Shown: piece by piece, positions 41,101 through 50,100 of the stretch
Layout: every line of letters starts with the position of its first letter
How positions within the stretch are numbered: the stretch's first letter is position 1
Made by a program: the position numbers and the translations under genes
From: Phoronis australis
Lineage: Eukaryota > Animalia > Phoronida
Length of the DNA: 64,000 nucleotides
Assembly: GCA_002633005.1 (NCBI GenBank)
Contig: NMRA01000177.1
Location: 573,942-637,941 of the forward strand
Direction of reading: 5' to 3'
Notes under the pieces: generated by a model
What the model saw: only the letters and a program-made list of their open reading frames with translations
The model's database searches: none
What the model was told of the DNA's origin: nothing

Positions 41101-44100
41101 TTACCCCCACTTATTTCATTGCTGCGCCGCCCATGATAAAGCGCTGAACTCGTGCCAGGTTAAAAATAATTTATCACAAACTTCGGTACGTTTCTCTACA
41201 CGTAGGCACATCCACGGGGAGAGTTGTTGGAACGATTGTCAGGTCGACTCACACCACGAGCGCTCCTAGATGTCGATAGTGTTCGACTGGTATGGACGAC
41301 GGATTCGGCAAAAACAGACAAGGGATTTTTACTCAAATGGAAAGGTTTGATTGTCGAAAAGTTTTTCCAATATTTGCAACGACCCGTCTCTCGGAGACAA
41401 CTGTTTGCGGACAATATGTGTATTGTTTAGTTTGCAAAGATGTTTGTGTGTTGTTTTGAGAACAAAAGATAAAGAACTAATCTCAATTTCAAAATAGGAT
41501 TTTTGCATGTTTGATAGATGAAATGTTCAGGAGAGCCTGCCATGTATAATTAAATCAAGGTAACTTTGCGAGATATATGCAGGCCTGTAGGAAGGCAAAA
41601 ATTATTGAGGGGGGGGGGGNNNNCACAAACCAATTCGACTTCGCCAAACTAACCCCCTTCCTATCGTCACCACCTGCGTTCCCGTGATTTCTTACAAGAT
41701 TAGCATCTAATTGCCAAAAATCATATATCAATTAGTCAATTATCGTAGATACATAAACATGTAATTCAGAAACCAATATTCAAATCCATGAGAAATACGT
41801 TTACCTTAATTAATGACTTAAGTCATTTTTGATCTCCTATTTGTGAGTTCCAACGTCAAAAGCGCAGTGCATTTATTGTCATTTGAATTGTGAGTGTTAT
41901 TTTGGGAACTGTCCGAATTTCATCAATGTCTTTGAGAGCTAATTTAGATAGGCAAAATCGTCTATAGGTGTATAATGTACTATTTGGGATCGGATTATAG
42001 TTTTTATAACTTTAGACTGCAACAAAATGCACTGCAACTTCATCAGTTCTTTCAAGATTAGCTTCTATTTGTCAAAGCATCATCTGTAAATCTGCTGATT
42101 TTCGTAGATACATGAACATGTAAATGAGAAACCAACAAATTTTTTTTATCAAAGCGGAATGTTGAAAGCAATTTCCGCAGGCATGCTCGCGGATTTTCGA
42201 CTGGTAACTGGAGGAACATGAGAGATGGGGCATTCGCATTAAGGTATCTTTTCGTTCATTTCAGAGGTACCTATAACGGTTCAAGAGTTAAACTTGAACT
42301 CCAAAAAACGAGGCTGAAATCTTTGTTTTTGGTTTCGAGTACTTTGACTACCCTGTTCGTTTACAAATCGTAGCCTCGACAGTATTTTCAACATATGCGA
42401 ATTCCTCACAAACAACTCCTAGTAACGATCTTCAAAATAAGTACTGTTCTTGTGATACTAGCTATGGGATAAAAGTAAAATTATTTTATAACTAACCATC
42501 GGAAATAATCATTTTGTGTAATTCACAAATAGTGGTCTTCACGTTCCCCGAAATTCCACCCTTTCGATGGCGGTCGATCCTATTGTATTTTTCACATTTT
42601 TTGGTTGTTTGGATCGAATGTTTTGATACTGCTGTGCTATGCACGAATGCGTTTTTTGATGAATTTGTAATCTCAGCTTTCCTCGTAAATACTTGGCAGA
42701 GTCGGATTTACATGTATAGAGGGACAAAGGGAAGAGAGGGTCCTGTCTGAAATGGGACACCTCAATGGGAAAGGCTAAACATCATTAAGCGAGGAAAAAA
42801 GTTAACTGTAGTTTAATCCATCGTGGTATGACTCTGGAAGAAGTGACTTTCCTGAACATGAAAATCGGTTGCACGTTTTCACAAAAAATAAAAATAGAGG
42901 TAATTGATTCCAACATTGGGCCCTCTCTCCGTGAGCAGCCCCTTATGAATTTGTCAAGAAAAACACAAAAATGGTGGCAACTTGAATGCCATCAATTTCT
43001 CCCCTTAAATGTCTGGACCTCTAAATATGAAAAGCTTTATATTAGTTTTCTAAAATCAGGAAAAGGCAGCAATTGATGCTAACTGACAGGTCATCAATTT
43101 TTCTCAAGTGATATACAATTTTGAGAAAAAAACCCCAAAAAATACAACCACAGTTGTCTCTGTTATCCCTTACCCGAAAGGGGCCTCTGGAAAAATACAG
43201 TTTTGCAGAAAAATAGTCTTATTGCATTAAAAATCCAGTAAATTAATATAATCCGCAAAAACTTCGCTTCACAAATATTCTCGATTTTTCGAAATACTTG
43301 TATGAATGATTAAGTGCAAGTTTTAAAGAATGTTTAGACGACTATGCTGCAAAAACAGAGACCAAACGTCAATATCCTGACCACGGCCCTAAAAGGGTAA
43401 AACATGCACTAATACTGAGTTGTCAATGCTCTTTTGAATTTTCTCTCATCTCCGTGTTTCGCAGTCTTTATTTTCTCGACTGTCCCCGGCCCCACGCCTA
43501 TGTCGGTTGTCACCCTGACGCCTGCATTTTTTGGAGGGGGGAGGAGGCACGTGCCCCCAGCCCCCCTGCTTCCTACGGCCCTGATATGATCATTGTGAAG
43601 TAAGAATGTCCAGTTATGTAATTATAAAAGTTCCTACGCTACAAGTAAAATGCACTGCACAAAAAGGACTTTTTACCAAATTGGACGACAAGTTTATAAG
43701 TAAAAGTGTAGCAACTAATCTAGACTTTGGGATTAGATATTCAGAAAAGTGAATGAAACCGTCGAAGAGTGTATTGCTTGTGCGCACCCAGCCTAAAATA
43801 TAGGGGGAGGGGGAGGCTCGAATTTTTCGGTATGCGGCAAAAATGAACGGGGAATAAAAAACGGGTAACTATGTACGAATTGCGCATCCGCGCATAATTC
43901 CTGTGGACTTTTGTCTTGTTTACTCTTGCTTTTTGTTTCGCTGAGGCAGACCTTTTTGCCCAATTCGCCAAATTGGGGGCCTCATTCGAGCCTCCCGACC
44001 CCCCCCCCNNNNCCCCCCCCCCGGGTACGCCCATGCATTGCTACGTATTATAAATAGTTGTGTGCTAAGTGTTCATCCTTTATTACTTGTTCACGCGAGA

Positions 44101-47100
44101 ATGGAACCTTATGTTTCAGTGTCTACATGCGCAGTTCCCGTGATCCCTTCTCACGGACGAGTCCAATGTTCGGGAATAGACGAAGGTGACACAGCGCAAT
44201 ATGAATGCACTAGTGTAGGCTATGAATTAACCGGGACCTTCAACATGGCTATCTGTCAAAAGAACGGCACATGGAGCATCCCGTCACCAAGATGCGTTTG
44301 TATGTATTATTCAATGAGAAGTTATAGGCCTGTTAAGAAACAAAAACAAAAACAAAAAAAAACAAACAAAAAAGAACAAAAACAACAACAACAAATTCAT
44401 GTTTCAAGGGACATTACTGGCGAGAAAAGTAATTCTTCCGCAGTTTGTAATCGAACCTGGTTTCTTGGAGTCACAGCCTAACACTCTGCCTCTGAGTTGA
44501 AGCTCACTCGGTACAGGCCGGCAAATGGAAAAGACACCGGTATTGATTTCGACGGATACTTGGAAGACAACGACGAGAAATGGCGATTTGTAAGAAAATC
44601 GCAAAACACAACTGTACAGATGTTCTTGCTCTGGTCAAAGCTGTTAATATTACTTTATTCAGTGTAAAACATGTGTATATTGTACTAATAAAAAGACATT
44701 TGCCTATGACTTTGTGTATTATTTTTTTTCAGAACGTGTATATAGTTTGACTAACCTCTTTCCATATTTTGCTTGTAGTGAAATCCTGTCCACCACTGGT
44801 TACTCCAAAAAACGGCCAAATTACCGTGAGCACGATTACTTACGGAAGCTATGCCACTTACAAATGCAATACATTCTATTTGCTGAATGGAAATTCACGG
44901 CGATATTGTCAGGCCAACGCCACATGGACAGGACACGACCCATCATGTGAAGGTAAAAGAATTAAAGTATATTGCACCAGAGCCGTTGAAGTGAGAGCTG
45001 AGAGGCATTCCTAATTCTCACAGCGATCATTTCAAGTTGATGATGATTGGGAAAATAAATAAAAACGCCGGGAGAATTGGAAGTAGCATGGAGGAAGTGA
45101 TAGTGTTCGGAGGCTAAGGTGGTGGTGGGGGTGAGGGGAGGGGGGGTGAGGTGGATGGAAGTGATTTTCGACACTGTACACCTCTCAGCCTCACCGAAGC
45201 GTTTTATCTTTTGACAGGGCTGGGCAATCTATTTTTTGGAGAAATGGAATTATATTATACTTATGTCCGTGTAGATGAGGGTGTTTATGAAGCATTGTTT
45301 AACAGTGTCACGCGCAAAATACCTTTTTTCAGTATTTAACAAACTCAAACGAAAAAATGAATTAATTCATGTTAGCTCATAAAATCGGTTTCATAATATT
45401 CTTTAACTTGATATGATTTCATTTGCATCACAAAAAAATATCAAACCAAGTGTGAATCAAGAAAACGCTTTTTTGGTGTTGGCCAACCCTAAATCTTCAA
45501 ATTCGAAAATGACACATAAACGCATTACCTTTGACTTGAGTTGCAGGGTTATTCAGCAACAATTTAAGAGCGTATGAGTGTGGCAGTGTTTTTAAACCCG
45601 GATTTAGAATTCAACACTGACAACTAGGCAGCAGCAAAATGCCCTTTTGAGGATTCTCTGCTGAAATCTGAGCTGCGAACCTTTTGCTAATAAAAGCGCA
45701 CGCTTTAGAGATTTAAAAGTGTCAGCAAATTGACGGCTAAATATGAAAAGTAACGGTTTGTTTTGTTGCCGTTCAAGCCTCTGTCAAACATGAGAATACT
45801 TTTACTACTAATAACAGGCATATTGTTGCATTTACTGCATGAGAAAAAACTTATTAAGAATTCCATTTCTTCAGTTCCCGACTGTGGTCCACTTAAAACA
45901 CCATCTTTTGGTAAAAAGATTGGTGAAGATACGGTGTACGACTCTATCGTCCATTTCGTTTGTCATTATGGTGTTCAAACGGTGAACGGGTACAGCGGAA
46001 GTCTGAGACGAACTTGTCAGAGGGATGCCACGTGGTCTGGGACACCTGTCACGTGTAGAAGTAAGTAGGACCAATGTGTAGACATATACAGAGGCCACGT
46101 TTGCAAAATAACTAGGCTCACTCAGCCTAAAGCACGGCACAGTGACTTGACCGTGACCTAATTTAACACAATTAAAATATTTCTGTGAGATGTCTTTTTA
46201 AACTTTCAGGTTTCGTGTTTTTGAGGTTCAGTCGTTTTGACGTAAGGATCAACTGCCGACTCATGCATGGCGTCTGTTCGCAACTCCAAGGAAAATTTAG
46301 GGCCTAATGGCTATGTGACTTGTCTTCAAGCCACTATCTCTCCCAACCCTGGAATGGAAAAAGTTCATGTCAGAGCAAGATATTGTTTCAGTTACTTATA
46401 GGAAATTACAGCAATAGAAATAACCATTGAAACTTTTCAAAACTCAAGAAGAGGATGAGCTGAACAAACTGGCAAGAATTGCAATTCTGAAGAAAACAAT
46501 ACAAGCGTTTACAATAAACTTGTTAGTTGGTAGACATTAAATATAAGCCATGAGGTTAGTGCCTCAGTTTCACACAAACGTCAAAATGAGTGCAGTTATA
46601 GTAAGAACAATAGATGTTACGCTGTGAATAGCGTCAAATCTGAAAGGGAGAGTTTGGTGTGAGATTTCCAAAAAAAAACATGAGCAACAAAACAGAGAAG
46701 AAATAGATTTCACAAGCTATTGTTATATGAATAGCTCAAATTTGAGCGACTCCTTAATGTTTCCAGATCCCGTTGGCTGTGATTTTGAGAACGATTTCTG
46801 TGGTCTGAAGCCAACAGTACACAGCGGTCACTTCAAATGGTTCATGCAGCAGGGCGGTGAAGGGCGCCATGCCTCGTTTTCGCAAACCGGGAACTCCATC
46901 AAGAACGGAACAGGATCTTTGATTAGCAGGGAGTTTCACCCAACCCGGTCCTGTTACACGCTGACGTTTAAGCACTCACTATCAGGGAATGGTAAGATTT
47001 CACAAACTTTACATGTATATAATCACATCGTCACACCGCAATAACAAATTTTAACTTTTCACGTGAGACGGAGTTTTGCTGTGCCAAAAGTAACCCAGAG

Positions 47101-50100
47101 GCTGATCGGGCTTGTTCGTGAATCAATTTCTTCTACAAGCCTGCAAGCGAAGTAAAATTGGTATAGGCCTACATAATGGACTATCTTATTCTAATTTCCA
47201 GTGCGACCACAGGCGCACATTTCAAGATCTTCCGAGCATTTGAATTTCCCGACGTATCAGAAACCAACATGAAGGTTTTCACTTACAGGTAGTCTGCGTG
47301 TCTACAAAACTGAGAGAGCAGCTTTCGTGGACAGCAAGCACACCTTATTACTAGACATACTACCCGTCTCCACACGCGTATGGATCAATAGTTCCGTGAA
47401 GGTCACTACTCAGCCATATACCTATTTGTCGGTAAGCATTTTCGGACTTCCGTATCCGGTTGCTAAACCTCTCACACCATCGTGTCTTAACTGAGACACT
47501 TTCTGTACGACTATATACAGCAGGATATAATTCTTCAAGACTCAGTAAAACTGTACATTTACAATATTTGACTATTAAGGTTATTCCGTCTTTATTTAAG
47601 TCAACGAAGATTATAAGCCTTTGCTTACAAACGATCTGATGTCCTCCAAGTTTTCCGACGTCATTTGAACCACCTGCGGTTAAGTATGATCTACCTGAGA
47701 ACGTCTTGCTCTTTACCAAGATAAAAATAGAGTTTTTGTTTCAATGAACAACTGACATGATAACATTGCGTACAAGCCTCTTGAGAACTCTAGATGACGG
47801 GTACCAGTTTCGCTTTAGTGCGAAATTATGCATTCGAGCGCACCTCTGACGGGTTTCCTTTCCATGGGTCAGCACAAGACAAACTCCAGCTTTATACAAG
47901 CTGTACCATGTTACACAGCAAGCATCATATTCCTCGAAATAAAAGTATGACGTAGATAAGGGGACAAGCATTACTTATGACAATCCCAATAGCAATTATA
48001 AAATTCCCAAGTGACTTGACTTGAAATTAAAGGAAACCGCGCGAAATCAACACAGACGTCAGCATTGAAACTTATCACTTATTGACGAATTACGGTGACG
48101 CCTTGTTGCCTGTTTCCTGAGGCTCTATTGATGACTTCACGACGCATCTCGACTCCGATGGTTTTACGGCATTAATTTTTGCATTTCAGTTTGTCTTCGA
48201 GGTTACTTGCCGTGACGCATGTAGGGTGAACGTGGACGATATAAGACTCGAGGAAGTGTGCAAAGGTGTGAAAACACGAGCTTCGCTTTGCAACAGCAGA
48301 AATTGCAAGCAGCAAGATTCCGGCCAAACCCCGAACCACACTATTAACCCGACCTCTGGCCATGCTATTGGTTAATTACTAATGAACAGCCAGGCTATCC
48401 TGTCATATGTTTACGGTTTTATCGTGCACCCCTTCACAGTGCTACGTAAGGGGGCACGAACAGTTCTCACAGGGGGTTGTCTATTTAGAACACACGTCAA
48501 TGGACTCGTCACCCTTTCTTCACTCTGTCAATAACGGCATGCAAAGACAGAAAAGTTTTGAGTCATTTCACATGACAAGCTCTATAGATGAGCACAGAAA
48601 CTTTTTCTCTCTTTTATTTTTGACCCTTTCAGTCCTACCAAAAACCAAGCTAGACTAAGAAAAATAGGGACAAAAACGCAAAATCGGCACTTTTCACCCC
48701 AAAACCACCACTTCCCCAGCCTGCCGATGCTGAACTAAAGCCAAGATTAGATTCCGAAAGCAAATTTCCTTCCGATTCCAACTTGAAAGTACTGTCAACC
48801 AACAAGTTTTTTTGAAAATCTGGCTTGTTTGAGGGCTACCTGAAATAGCGGCCAATTTCACAGTTGCTACCCAGCAACTAAAATGCACAATTTCAACAGG
48901 GGGACGCCATCTTCAGTTGAAAAAGAGTGCAGCTACAGCCGAGCAAATGGTCTTTATCATTCTCAACATGTTCACATATACGAACAAACCACATTCACTT
49001 GGTCTACATGCAATACCTACCTAAAAATGCCGCCAAGCCTGGCCTAACCCTTGATTTTGCAAATTGGCCGCGGGCGCAGCCTAAATGTTCAGTGCCACCT
49101 AAGGTAGCACTGTCGAATGTTGTTTAACATGGCTTCTCATTGGTTTAAGTAATGAAACCGACGTCATAACATTTTGTCATTCCCATTGGTTGGAATCTGG
49201 AAAACACCTTTCAGTTTACAGTTACCGAGTTTGGCGACCACATTTGACTTGAATTGTTGCATTTTATTAAAACGGGCAGTGGTCTAAGTAAACAAAATCA
49301 AGAGAACCCCAATCCAATGGCTTAAGACTAAACAAGTACAGTAAATAAAGGTGTGTGCAAATGGTGGGGATGTCATCGGTATACTTTCGACCAAGGCATG
49401 CGCATTGCTGCCCACACACGGAATTCCGTGTGTCAGTGATTTTCACAGGGCCACTTTTCAGTATAGGTGGCGCTGTGTCAGAGGGTAGTTTTATCAATGA
49501 CAACGGTTACAACATGAATTTACACTACATGCACTTGCCGTTATATAAAGTTAATGAAGACTGGCCTTTTTAAGAATATGGTAGATGCCTGGAGCGTGCG
49601 CAGTCCAGAGCAGAGATCTAAAGGCTGTTACGAATTAAGTCTACATGTAGTCACTCACCTTATAATGTCCGGAACATTATTTACTTAGTTACAGGCGAGC
49701 TCCCTTCCTTCAATTGCCCACGCGATTACCTGAAACCGAACAAAATCCAAGACCTGTAAATTTTTGAAAACGTGATGTGACTGCATGATTTCTGTTGCTA
49801 CTTGTGGGTTCAAATTGCGCGTCATATTAATGACGAATACGTCATAGGCATGTCGAGCAGACGTCAAACTATTGAAGCTTGTGCTTTCTAGAATTGTGTC
49901 GACATTTGTGATGTTTAATAAAGGTTTACTTGTGACGTCGTCTTTTCACTGGCTGGAAACTTCATTTCTCAGACAAGACAACCACTACGCAATCAACCGC
50001 TGCCACATCCACCACGCCATCACCAACAAGAGTCGCACCCCGTACTGTTCCATTCGAGACAGTGTCAGTACCAACTGATAAAGAAAGCAATAGTACCGAC

